Shown piece after piece: positions 11,990 to 22,933 of a stretch of 64,000 nt of DNA; position 1 is the stretch's first letter; each line of letters opens with the position of its first letter. The position numbers and the translations under genes are program-made. The notes under the pieces were generated by a model. The model made no database searches. It had not been told where the DNA came from and worked only from the letters and a program-made list of their open reading frames with translations. Source of the DNA: Diplonema japonicum (Eukaryota > Protista > Euglenozoa: Diplonemea); NCBI GenBank assembly GCA_964019335.1, contig OZ025673.1, positions 310,001 through 374,000 of the forward strand. Reading direction: 5' to 3'.

Positions 11990-12887
11990 ATGCCGCCGAA
12001 GACTGCCAAAGCGGGTGGAGAGAGGGTTGGATCACCCACCTCCCCGCCTCCCAGACGCCAGGCCGGAGTGAGGCGACCCCTAAGAGAACCAGGGTCGACC
12101 GGCTCGTCGAGCAGGCCGTTCAAAGGGCCATCTCCGAGCTGCTCCCCACGGTTAGGGACCGGGTGGAGAGTTCGCACCTTGGGTCGGGACATCGGCTGGA
12201 ACTCTCAGCCGACCGAGCTGATCGAGGGCCAAGCGCCGAGGGTACGACTGGGGTCCACCTCCCCGGAATCCGCGACGGAAGGCGCAGACGCCTAGCCTCG
12301 CAGTCTTCCGCAGACTCGGAGGGTTTTCGCGACGAGCCAAGCGCCGACGACTCACCACAGGACAACCCCGACACTCAGGCTCCCCCACCGCTATGGGGTC
12401 TGCAAGCCTTAGAGCCGTCGAAGTGGGCGTGGTTAGAGCCGGGCGAGCGCCCCATGGTGGTGGCCAACATCGCCATGCAGTACAGGCAGCTGACCGTCGG
12501 GCCCCACGCTTGGGAGGCAGGCATGCGGGTCAAGGACCTGCAGGAGTCGTAATGGCCATTGGCTGTCAAGACCCGGTGGAGCTAAACTCAACGCTTGTCC
12601 GCCTCGCCGAGCGAGCCATCGTCCGCCTGCAGGCCCTAGAGAGGGACAACTGGGAGGCCGCCGACGCGATCCAGCAGGCGTTCGACGGGCAGTCGGTCCC
12701 TACTTTTTTGAGAAAGGGAGAACGCCTGACCGAAGAGCTCACCCGTCGACGCAGGAAGCGAAAGCTCACGGACAGCGCTACAACGAGGGGAGGCAAAAGC
12801 CGCAGGGAAGGCAGGGCGTCCGGGGAGAACGAGGGCAGATCCCGCAGAGGAGGCAGGTCTGGATCGAGGGATCGGCGCAGGAAATGA
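11990..12887 (+). pseudogene. ORF1, gag-like protein of the retroelement (frameshifted)
   Basis: ATG inside repeat A (MPPKTAKAGG...), helical core LEPSKWAWL...LAERAIVRLQALERDNWEAADAIQ, Arg-rich C-terminus; needs frameshifts; TGA overlaps the ORF2 ATG (ATGA, 12884-12887). Confidence 0.6.
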
Positions 12888-14690
12888 CAGCGTTGACAGC
12901 CTCTCCCCCTGCGGTACCTCCCCCAGGCCGAGGTACACACAGTGAGGGCGACTGCAAAGACCTCTTCTTTGCTCAGGTGAAATTCCCTTTTTCTTTTTTC
13001 CGCAGTTCCGCCAAGGTCAGCCAGGGTGCTGACTACGACCCTTTGGACGGTTTCGAGACTTTCCCGTCGGCTGACCCCTTCATTGGATATGACGCAGAAC
13101 CGCGTTTGTTTGGCGTCCTCCTGCCCAGCGGGGTTCAGACGGCGACATTGCGGCGATATCGAGAAGCAGGATCAGTGTCCCTGCCCTCAAAGAGTTGGAC
13201 GAGCGTGGGATCCTTGACGGTGTCGTCGATGTCATCTGCTGTGAACATGCTTTCCGGGGTGCGTTGAAGGAAGGGGCATTGACAGAGATGGAGGCTCCGA
13301 GGTACTTGAGGGGCACGTCGCGGGGCATGCTTCGCCACCTCCCGACGCTCAGAGATTACGGGGTCCTGAGGAAAGTGAAGATCGACCACCCGAAGGTCAT
13401 CCTCCCTGTTCACCGTGCCAAAGAAGTCGGGAGATCTCCGTCTGGTTCAGGACGGCAGGAAGCTGAACCTCTTGATGAAGCCACCCCCCCAGATGTTTTT
13501 GCCGCCGATCTTGGAGGTGATCGAGCGCTTCCTACGCGCAAGGTATGTTGTGACGGCGGATGCGAGGAGTTGGTTTTACCAGTTCCCGCTGTCACCCGCG
13601 GTAGCAAAGTTCTTCGGGGCGAGAGTTTCTGGCTGGAGGGGTCAGTTCAGCACCGTGGTGATGGACGTGATGGCGATGGGGTGGAGTTGGGCGCCAGCTA
13701 TCGCGCAGAGGACCGCCACGGTGTTGCTGCCGGAGGAGCAGGGTGTGTGCTGGATTGACAACTTCTTCGTCCTAGCACAGAGCCGCGAGGAAGCTCTCGG
13801 GAGGTTCGGTTGCTTTTTGCAGAGGTGCGAGAAGGTCGGGGTGGACCTGCACTTCGACGAGGCTGGTGCGGGCGTGCCAAACCAGGAGTTCGAGGCTTTG
13901 GGGCTTGCTTTTGATCTTGTGTCCGCGCGGTACAGGATGGCTCCGAAGTGGGTAGAGAAGGTTCTGCAGGCTGAAGAAACGACGAAGGTTGTCGGCGACA
14001 GCAGGTGTACCCCGAGGGAGTTTTCTCGGCTATTCGGCAGGGTCGTCTGGCACCGGTACACACCAGGCATCCTCTCTGTTTCCTTCCCTACGCCATCAGT
14101 TTCCTCCGCAAAGCCACATCCTTGGTAGCGAAGGAGCCGCAGAAGTGGGACGAGACCGTGGCCGTTCCCCCCATCTACAGTGGCTGACGTGAGGCGCTGG
14201 CGGTGATGGCCAGAAACGCCTGGAGAACCCGACCGGACGAATTACCTGAGAGGGTGGTGTGGACTGACGCTTCGTCGACTGCCTGGGCAGGGGTCATGCT
14301 GGATGAAGCACGTGACGCAGGGAGAGTTCTGCGGACGGTCCTAAGGAACTAGCGGCAGCCCGGGAAGGAGCTTTCATGGCCCTCCGTGGGGGGTCCCGCT
14401 GCAAGGTATCGCTGATGGTCGACAACCTGCCTGCTGTGTACGCGATTCGGAAGGGGCTGTCATCTAGCTTCATGGGAAATAAGATAATTGCTGACATATA
14501 CACTCTCGTAGAGGAGCGTCAGGCAAATCTCCACGTCCAGTGGGTTTCCACACGAGCAGAAGGCAGACCCATTCACGCGGGGCGTTACGCACCCGGGGGC
14601 AAGATCAGGCCACTTCCTGTAGTGAGAGACGCCTCCACGGCCCCGCCGTTACGGCACCGCGTTCCGCGGTCCCAGAGGGTCCTGAAGCGA
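12884..14690 (+). pseudogene. ORF2, reverse transcriptase plus DIRS-type RNase H (frameshifted)
   Basis: VPKKSGDLRLVQDGRKLN; TADARSWFYQFPL; MAMGWSWAPAIAQ; WIDNFFV (13751-13762); FEALGL; RNase H WTDAS, KELAAA, VDNLPAVYAIRKG, VQWVST, KADPFTR. Confidence 0.88.
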
Positions 14691-15617
14691 ACAACAAAGA
14701 CATATAGTCATAAAGAATTATTTCTGTTACAAATATTTATCTTTCAAAAAATGATTTTATAACTATATGCAACTTGTGCCGAGCAAAAAACTTTCGCAGC
14801 TTTTTAAAAAAACCTTTTTTTGCTCGTGCGAACAACAAAAAAGTAAAATGCCGCCGAAGACTGCCAAAGCGGGTGGAGAGAGGGTTGGATCACCATCTCT
14901 CCTCGTGCGAACAACAAAGACATGTAGTCATAAAGAATTATTTTTTTTTTAAACCCATAGACCGGAGCTGATTTATCAGTCTAAAAAAAAAAAAAAAAAA
15001 ATTAAAAATGCTAAGGTATTTTTAGTGCTCTACAGCCCCTCTCTTTAAGAGGAGCCGACTTTTTTTTTCTAATACTGAAACGCGAATGGGATGACAAAAT
15101 CAAGGTGGGGGAGGAAAAATATTTCGCAAGGTACCAGGTCTAAACGAACCCATAGTGGGTCTCAACAAGCCGGAGGTCTTTCCTTTGTTTTTGATAGGGT
15201 GGCCCTCTAGCAGGGGGGCTCGTCCTGTACTTTGAGTTGTTTTTCACTCCCGCAGCTATCGTGGGGTGGGCAGCCATTCGAGTGGTATAGAGGCCTTTGG
15301 ATACTTACATGGCTCATAATCAAGACAGCAGGATCAACTCACAGATCCCCCATATTCACATTTCAGAACGGTTATGGGAAGAGACAGGCTCCTAAAAATA
15401 ATGCGCCAAAAAGCAGTTTGACACACTTACGACATCTTATTTAAAAACCACCCGAAAAAGCTCTTGAAAATGAAAATAACCCCACCCTTATCAGAACGAA
15501 AAGTTTCAAAAGCAGTTTTTTAGACCAAAAAAAAAACAAAAACAAAAAAACAGCGGTCTTTTATGGGTTACAAATAAAAAAGGAAAGGCCTTCGTGGTTT
15601 ACACTTTAACACAACAA

Positions 15618-16188
15618 ATAACTATTTATTGCCAACAAATAATGAGTCATTATTTAACTCGAGTTCCCGAATTTTTTGCACGAGGGCCCGCAGGGCCCTC
15701 GTGCAAAAAAACGGGTAACGAGTGTTAAATAATGGCTCATTTGGCGGCAAGTAAGTCGTTTTATTTCACTCTTCGTCATTTGAGTCACTCACTCTTCACT
15801 GCTTTCACTGCTGTTTTTTTTCACGCAGGTCAGCTTTTTGGGGATTTTCCTAAGGTAATACAGGGTAGCTATTTCGCCGTGGCATTTAAAGGGGAAGTAA
15901 GGCACTTATTCCCACTTTTAAGGGCTGGAATGGCCTCAGATGGCCAAAAATAGTCAAAATACCCCCACCCCAAAAAAATTTTTCAAGGGGTTGGGTGCAT
16001 TTTTTTCCACGACAAGACCCATTTTTTCACTCTGAAGGGCCATTATTTAACTGCAAAATCTCATTATTTAACTAGTTAAATAATGGCGATTTCGCGTTAA
16101 ATAATGGCCGTTTCGCGTTAAATAATGGCCATTTCGCGTTAAATAATGAGGCCCCTAGTGAGTGAAGAAAATGACGAAGAGTGAAATA
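15618..16188. mobile_element. Non-autonomous palindrome-rich DNA element (Crypton-like architecture), motif CATTATTTAAC/GTTAAATAATG
   Basis: Starts ataactattta; perfect 18-bp palindrome arms 15672-15689/15693-15710 with a GCA loop, flanked by inverted cattatttaac/gttaaataatg; four gttaaataatg copies at 21-bp spacing at ~16075-16150. Confidence 0.7.
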
Positions 16189-16970
16189 AAAAAAAAAAGA
16201 ACATTCTCGTTTCTTCTTTTTCTTCTCTCTTTCTTTCGTAGAGGGGGAGAGTGTGTGAGGAACGGGGGTGCAAGGATAATAAAACGAGGCCCTAAACAGG
16301 CCCTAAAAAAAAAAGAAGAACTGGGATAGTAAAAGGGAGGAGGGCAAAAAAAAAAAAAAAAAAAAAAAAAACGCAGCATTCTCAATGTACAGGAGAAAGG
16401 CTTCATCCTCAAACAAAATGCGATGCGTGCCTCCGTAAGGGCCTCAGGCGTTGTGCAGTGAGTGTAAAACTGCCCCTTCCTCCCCTTCTTTTTTTGCAAC
16501 AGGGGATCTTTAACAGAAACCCTTTCCATTGCACATGCCTTTCCTTTCATTTTCGATAAAAGAAATCCAAATTCGCGTGTCGTGTTTGCGGTTTTCTCTC
16601 TCTCTCTCTTTTTTTTTTATCATATGAATTTCCAACAAACAAAAAAAAGGAGGGGGTTACCATGCAAAGAAACGTAATTTGAAACGGAGGGGGGGGGGGG
16701 GGGGGGGAACTCGATAATTAATGTGCGAGACAAAGGAAGCCGGTGGGAACGCCCTGCACAAGCACCGTCTTGCCGGAGCGCCCCGACGAGGAGGTCAACA
16801 GCGAACAACACATCTGATGTATATTTCTTTATATTTCCATATTATCCCCACCACCTAAAAAAAAAAAAAATCTTTTTTATGTCACTCACACTTCCCCTTA
16901 TTTTTTGTTCCCCCACCCCACCCCACCCATCAAGACTGGCACCCCGATCCCGCCCGTGACAACCGTCCCC

Positions 16971-17756
16971 TCACGAATCGAAAACGCTGTTGCTTACGCT
17001 TAAGGTCACCCCCCCCAACCATACCCGAAGAAACGCTTTAACAAACAGGTACAAAGTGATCAAGAAAAAACAAATCGCGGATTTAATTCGTGACCAAACA
17101 GGCTTGGATGAGTCTGAAAGTATATTCCATGCACCATCTGCCGTATAGCCAAGAACAGGGTAGTTGTGGTAAGCCGCTCGTCGCGCTATGGCTCTAAAAT
17201 CCTCCTCAATTCTTTCCTTAGCAGACGCAGCATTGGCGGGGTTGGTGTAGTACATAAACTTCTCAGACACATAGTCCAAATAAGGAACATAAGTGTCATG
17301 AAATGTTTCCAGCTTTGTCTGGACCTCTGAAGAGAGGTTCTCATATATTGTGGTATAAGTCTTCTTGAGGGTGGCAAGTTGTGAGTTGCTCCAGTCCATC
17401 ACGATTTGTATCTCACCTCCTACAGAATCACTGCCTTGTTGGACCGCAAGCGCCAGCTCAGCCATGGTGCCAGATATTAAATCCCCGAGTTTTTTGTACA
17501 AACCGGTGATGTGTTTGCTGATGGCCAGGTCGTCCCTGTGGTCTCGGCTGAGCTTCACCAGCTTCTTAGTGATCGTCTTCAGACTTTTTTCCATGTCCTT
17601 TTTCAAGCCCAGTAGTTGTTCCAACCACCCGCCTTCCCCCTGTGTCTCCATTGCCTTCACCGACTGCATCATCTCGTCCAACCTCACCGAGTACATCTCG
17701 ATTTCCTTCTGGACCGCATGGACCTGTTGCGGTATCTCTTCCCCTTCCCCGGACAT
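16971..17756 (-). CDS. Hypothetical coiled-coil protein with a C-terminal TM segment
   Basis: 261 aa ORF, heptad-rich N-terminus, hydrophobic AICFFLITLYLFV near the end. Confidence 0.8.
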   Translation of the reverse strand: MSGEGEEIPQQVHAVQKEIEMYSVRLDEMMQSVKAMETQGEGGWLEQLLGLKKDMEKSLKTITKKLVKLSRDHRDDLAISKHITGLYKKLGDLISGTMAELALAVQQGSDSVGGEIQIVMDWSNSQLATLKKTYTTIYENLSSEVQTKLETFHDTYVPYLDYVSEKFMYYTNPANAASAKERIEEDFRAIARRAAYHNYPVLGYTADGAWNILSDSSKPVWSRIKSAICFFLITLYLFVKAFLRVWLGGVTLSVSNSVFDS

Positions 17757-17803
17757 TTCTCTCCCGCCCCCCTCCTTCTTTGATTATTATTACTTTGTTC
17801 TTC

Positions 17804-17836
<33 letters not shown>

Positions 17837-17895
17837 TTGTAAGAGAGTTCTCGGAATAAGTAAATAAAAGTTTGGACTTGTTAAACATAAAGAAA

Positions 17896-19137
17896 TTACA
17901 AGTGCGAGATGACATCCAGCCACCTGCATAAGCAAAGCAACAGCCAGGACTTCCCCAAACCGTCCCATCCTATGAAGTTCTGCAGCCCCACAGCCACGAG
18001 CACCACTGCACTGTCGTTCCACACCCACAACAGCAACGCAACTGTTAAAAACGCCGCCGACGCCGCAAAGCTTAGAGAAGGCACATCGACATGGCTACGC
18101 ATGAAAGCCGCGCCAGCAAGACATGCCAGCGGGAGGGAGCTTGTAAGGTAGAGCGAGGTGACCACCGGGAAGAACGGGTGGACCCAATCAATGGGAGCAA
18201 AGAACCCAAAGGACATCACAAACACCAAGGGCACAGCATGAGGCAGCAGAGACGCTCCATCATAAGCCACCGCACCTACCAAAGCGGCGGTGATGACATA
18301 AAACGTTTTCAGTTCAGAGGGTACATTCACAAGAGGAAGGCAGCCAACAGAACACACCAACACACACCACGAAGGGTCATCCAGCCCATAGAAGGGAGCA
18401 CGGGAGGACGTATACGCAAAGGAATACCAAGAGTTAAAGCACACCGCTGCGGTGGCCCATCGCGTGAGGTACGTGTCGGTCGATGATATGTAGCGGGCAG
18501 CAGGAGGCATCATGGAAACCACCAAACCGTACAAATGCGTGCTGGGCCCAACAGGGACACGCAGGAGATCGTAGAAAAAAACAGCAGCCAGCGTCGAAGC
18601 GATCCTCATGGCATCAGGCGGTGTGGTCGGATTGGCGATTTGACCAAACAAACTGAACAAAAACCCTATAAAAGCTGCTATTATCACTAACAGGCTCGTA
18701 CCAGTCTTCATAGTAAGCAGCAAGGTAAGGACAAGCCCAGCACCTGTGAGAAGGGACTCCTTCGATGCGCTCACAGGTCCCGTTGTCCCTGAGGTGTACC
18801 TATCTGCGATTCTTATAACAACGCTTGACCATGCTGATAACAGTGCTACCTGTAGCCTCCCGGGGCCTTCAAACCCGGCAACGAGGAGCGGAACCACCAC
18901 TACAGCCAACGACTCGTCCTTGCAAGGGATGCCCACCCACCATATAGACCATGGGTCCCTGTCTTCGCTTACTTTGTACTCCACGCTGGTAGCCTGCCTG
19001 AGGGATACATACGCTAGTAGGGCGAGAGATAGCGTTTCGAGCCATAAGCCGTTCGGAACGAGACCCCAACATGGGAGGAGGACTGCCGCAGCGCAGGCGG
19101 CTACAGAAGCGTGATGCAGCCCCTTCCATACAACCAT
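17896..19137 (-). CDS. Multi-pass membrane protein of unknown family
   Basis: Long hydrophobic ORF; likely ATG at 19137 (MVVWKGL...) after an A-rich tract. Confidence 0.75.
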   Translation of the reverse strand: MVVWKGLHHASVAACAAAVLLPCWGLVPNGLWLETLSLALLAYVSLRQATSVEYKVSEDRDPWSIWWVGIPCKDESLAVVVVPLLVAGFEGPGRLQVALLSAWSSVVIRIADRYTSGTTGPVSASKESLLTGAGLVLTLLLTMKTGTSLLVIIAAFIGFLFSLFGQIANPTTPPDAMRIASTLAAVFFYDLLRVPVGPSTHLYGLVVSMMPPAARYISSTDTYLTRWATAAVCFNSWYSFAYTSSRAPFYGLDDPSWCVLVCSVGCLPLVNVPSELKTFYVITAALVGAVAYDGASLLPHAVPLVFVMSFGFFAPIDWVHPFFPVVTSLYLTSSLPLACLAGAAFMRSHVDVPSLSFAASAAFLTVALLLWVWNDSAVVLVAVGLQNFIGWDGLGKSWLLLCLCRWLDVISHL

Positions 19138-19293
19138 TCTCTTTTTTCTTCCCCCTCTCCCTCCCCTTTTCCTTTGGTTTTTTTCTTTTTTTTTTCTTTT
19201 TTTTTTTCTCTTTAAAAATTCAAAAAAAAATGTCACAAAAAAAAAAAAAAAAAAAAGCCATCCAACCTTTGTAAAAAGGAATTTTCCCTCCTT

Positions 19294-19878
19294 TTACACC
19301 AAGTTCAGAAACTTCTCCAATAATGCGGGGCAGTGCTTGATCGCTTCCTCAAAGGTTTCCAAAGATATTGAGGTTTTTTCTGAACTCCCAATGAGGAACT
19401 GCCACAAGCCCTCCACTTCAAGGTTTATGACTTCTATCATCTCGTCATGCTCAGCCTCCTCAACACCTTGAATCATGCAGATGAGGTCCTCACTGGTCAG
19501 GTAACCGTCCCGATCCCTGTCCATAATGGAGAAGAGGATGGGAAGGAGGCGTGGGGACTGGAAGAGAACCGCCTCTTGATAAAGTAGATACTCGTAAAAA
19601 GTGATTTCGCCGTCGCCGTTTAAGTCGTATCCTCTGAACAGGCGTATCGCTTGTGCATCGATATCAACCATAGTCGTGTCCCCTATAACGTTGCTGAGAC
19701 TCAGCTTCTCTAAGTATTTTCTGAACTGGTCGCAGGTCATCTGGCCGTTCGGAGCTAACTGGTAGAACATTGCGTGCATCTTGGTTATAGTATATGTGTC
19801 AAAGTGATGCTTTACAAGATTCAGGTATTTCTCCATATCCTCGTCGTTGACCGAGGGGGTCGTTTGGAAACAGCCCAT
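19294..19878 (-). CDS. Myristoylated EF-hand calcium sensor (NCS/calcineurin-B-like)
   Basis: MGC N-terminus; APNGQMT; EF loops DLNGDGEITFYE and DRDRDGYLTSED. Confidence 0.88.
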   Translation of the reverse strand: MGCFQTTPSVNDEDMEKYLNLVKHHFDTYTITKMHAMFYQLAPNGQMTCDQFRKYLEKLSLSNVIGDTTMVDIDAQAIRLFRGYDLNGDGEITFYEYLLYQEAVLFQSPRLLPILFSIMDRDRDGYLTSEDLICMIQGVEEAEHDEMIEVINLEVEGLWQFLIGSSEKTSISLETFEEAIKHCPALLEKFLNLV

Positions 19879-20130
19879 TTGTTAATTCTTTTTTTTTTTT
19901 TTTTTTTCTCTAAAAGGTTTATCTTGGGCGGAGAGGGGGGGAAAATATAAAAAAAATAAAAATAAAAATAAAAAAAAACCACCACCACCCAATTAGAATT
20001 GAAAAAAGAGAAGAAGAAGAAAAAAAAAATGCTCACTTGCAAAGAAGAAGAAAAATAATAAAGAGTCGGCTGATTGTTTGTGCAGGCCGTGTACACCTAC
20101 CGAAGGGATAAACTGACAGGCTGCCTCTAC

Positions 20131-20164
<34 letters not shown>

Positions 20165-20400
20165 TTAAAGGTGGGTTATACTAAATGTCACAATTCTTTT
20201 TTTTTTTTTTTTTTAATATTTTCAAATACGACAGTTACTGTAGAACCAAAACCATAAACCATTCAAACTAAGAGGGGAAAAAGAAGAACAAAAAAAAAAC
20301 TTTTTTTCCCTCCTCATGACTCTAAAAAAAACCAAGAAAATTCGACAAAAGTTTCAATGTGCATGGAGGAGACATGCTCACTGCTGCAAGAGAGAGACAA

Positions 20401-20431
<31 letters not shown>

Positions 20432-20433
<2 letters not shown>

Positions 20434-21756
20434 ATTCTTCCGCTTTCTTCTCCTCCTGCGGTGCCGGGTTCTTCTGTTCATCGGCAGCTTCCATTTTGGC
20501 AAGCTTGGCAAACATGTTCCCAAAGCGCTGCTTGTCCTTGGCATCCTGCGCTTTCATCTTTTTCTTGAGCTGTATGATGGTAATAATTATAATAAAAAAA
20601 AAACTTTTTTTTTCTTGTTATTGAATACCTTCTCCATCTCCTTGAGAGCATCCGAATTCTTCCCGTCGAATTCGAGGACCTTGTCCAAGTCTTTTCTGCA
20701 CTCGGGCCATTTATCTAACGAGTTCAAAGCCTTTGCCCTCCGTACCAGAGCTTTCACGTTTCCACCATCGATGTCGAGCGCTTTGGTACAGATCTCAATG
20801 CACTCGGTGTTCTTGTTCTCGAAAAGTTGTGCCGCAGCGAGGTTTGTGTACAAAGGAAGCTTGGTGTCTTTCAAGACCTGCTTCTGCTTGTCGTCAGTGC
20901 CAGTCTCGTCGTCAAGGTACTCAATGGCCCGCTCGTACTTCTTAATAGCCATGTGGGTCTTCTTGGCTTTGTAGTAAGTGTTTCCCTGTTCCTTCCTCAC
21001 ACCCGCCTCCTTCACACGGGTCTCGTAGTCAACCCCGAACCGAGAGGGCGGGGTGTTGAACTCCTTCAACGTGATCACAAGCCCGACCTCATCAGAGGGG
21101 GTTGTGATTTTGCAGATTTCGTTTTTCTTCATCGTTTCAAGAGTGGCCTCGACGTCAGGTGTGAGGACGTCAGACTCGCCGATAGTCTCTGTGAAGGTCT
21201 TTGTCTCGCCACCGTCTGCTGAGGCGATGGTGTATGTGCAGGTTGATTCGTACTGCGGTGTGTCCCATGCTGTGCCGTCCTTGATGGTTTTCTTCATGAG
21301 GGACCCGTCTTTGTCTTTTGAGATATCTGTAGTGTCGATCCAAGAGAGGAGTTCTACCTCGAACTTGAGTGTTGCGTTGGGTGGGATGTCTTGGCCTGCG
21401 CCTGCAGAGCCGTAGCCGAAGTCGGGGGAGCAGGTGAGGATGCACTTTTCGTTCTTTCTCATGGTCGCCACGCCCACGTCCCAACCCTTGATCACGCTGC
21501 CCTTCCCAAGCTCGAAGGTGAAGGGCTCGTCTCTGTCCCGCGAGGAGTCGAACTTCTTGCCCCCGTCGGCCAGCGTCCCCACGTAGTGCACCGACACCTT
21601 GCTGCCCGTTGTGGGCCTCGCGACGCCCTCGCCCTCTACCAAGCACTCCTTGACCAAGCCCTGCTTGGGAGCCAGCTCCTGCACCATGCCCACAGTCGCG
21701 TCTTCCACGATGTGCTCCCCGCCGGAGCTTGACGCGTCAGAGTACTTGTCTTCCAT
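20432..21756 (-). CDS. FKBP-TPR immunophilin (FKBP4/5/ROF-like), intron 20570-20628
   Basis: VSVHYVGTL...KFDSSRDRDEPFTFELG..VIKGWDVG; TPR motifs KEQGNTYYK, NLAAAQL, KALVRRAKA; spliced tail ...LKKKMKAQDAKDKQRFGNMFAK...EE*. Confidence 0.93.
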
Positions 21757-22036
21757 TTTCTTTTTTTCTTATTTCTGATTTTGTTTTTGTTTTTTTGTTG
21801 TTGCGCAATCAGCTGAAATATTGAAAACACAAAGAAAGTTGTACAAAATGGAAATGGAGGGGGGGGGGGGGGGGGGGGGGACTTCACAACAGCGGATGGA
21901 AAAAAAAAAGAGAAATAAAAACAACCAAAAAAAAAAAAAAAAAAGAAGGGAGAGAAAAGAAAAAGATGGAAAAAAAAATAATAATCTATGGAGGAAAAAA
22001 AAAAAAAAAAAACACGTACACAATCTTCTTCTTCCA

Positions 22037-22735
22037 TCACTTCCCGTTAAGAAGCCCCATCTGCATCCTCCGCTGCTCGATAAGCGACAAGCTGCGTGTG
22101 GCAGACGTGACAGAGACCGACTGGGACGGCAACGCAAGAGATTGGCTGTGAATAAGGTCGGTGGGGGGGTGCTCAAGCCCACGTGGAGAAGGAAGGGCAT
22201 CAATCTCCGTAACGAGCGGGGCAGGAGGGAGCACAGGAACGGAAGCCGCAACAGCTCGACCAGAGGACACACGATATGACCTCGGGGGGATGACAAGAGT
22301 TGATCGGTCTGCCCGGGTACCTAGAGGATGCTCAGCGCGGGGTACTGACGTTGCAGGAAAGGATGGTGCCGGCTGTAGTTGTTGATGCAGCCCCACCGAG
22401 GAAAGCTGCTGCCTCAGATCCTTTATCATCGCATCCTTCTCAGCTATTATTGTGTGAAGTCTGCCGATCTCGCTGCCGTCGTCTTCCCTCTTTGACGACC
22501 ATGTGTCGCCATCGCTCCACTTCACTGTGTCTTTCTCCATTCCTATTATGCGGGCGCCTAGCAGACCCACCCTCCCGGCAGCCAGCACCTCAAACATGTG
22601 GGTTTGGACTCCCCCCGTGACTAGCTTTACGTGAGCCCGGTAGTCTTTCACTGTCCACAGGTTATGTTCTTTGTCGTACCATGCCCCTTGTAGAATCTTG
22701 ACTTCATCTACCCGTTGGAAGTCCACTGCGGGCAT
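22037..22735 (-). CDS. Hypothetical protein (small Trp-containing beta domain, short coiled coil, Pro-rich tail)
   Basis: ~232 aa ORF from ATG 22735; LQGAWYD...VKWSDGDTW. Confidence 0.75.
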   Translation of the reverse strand: MPAVDFQRVDEVKILQGAWYDKEHNLWTVKDYRAHVKLVTGGVQTHMFEVLAAGRVGLLGARIIGMEKDTVKWSDGDTWSSKREDDGSEIGRLHTIIAEKDAMIKDLRQQLSSVGLHQQLQPAPSFPATSVPRAEHPLGTRADRSTLVIPPRSYRVSSGRAVAASVPVLPPAPLVTEIDALPSPRGLEHPPTDLIHSQSLALPSQSVSVTSATRSLSLIEQRRMQMGLLNGK

Positions 22736-22773
22736 TGATTTCACCCCCTCCCTTTTTTGATATTGTTTGTGAA

Positions 22774-22826
<53 letters not shown>

Positions 22827-22896
22827 AAGTTTTTTTTCTTTCATATAACGGAACTACAAAAAAAAAAAGAAATATGGTCAATTTCTCTGCTATTTT

Positions 22897-22933
<37 letters not shown>

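Larger units (their letters stand above)
11869..14940 (+). mobile_element. DIRS-order (Ngaro/PAT/VIPER-like) retroelement with split direct repeats A1-B1-A2-B2; gag-like ORF plus RT-RNase H, no recombinase seen; frameshifted
   Basis: A1 11869-12036 matches A2 14725-14894; B1 14687-14720 matches B2 14907-14940; GC-rich interior with RT and RNase H motifs; T-rich flanks, no TSD. Confidence 0.88.

Noticed and set aside
13195-13758. Separate 187 aa gene overlapping the RT
   Set aside because: Its first part is the frameshifted N-terminal portion of pol (joining near 13410) and the remainder is off-frame read-through.
11869-14894. Conventional LTR retrotransposon (A1 and A2 as LTRs)
   Set aside because: The extra B1/B2 repeats flank A2; there is no TSD, PBS, integrase or protease, and the RT/RNase H are DIRS-like.
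16075-16150. CRISPR-like array
   Set aside because: 21-bp head-to-tail units with no unique spacers, in a eukaryotic context with no cas genes; it is the subterminal repeat of a DNA element.
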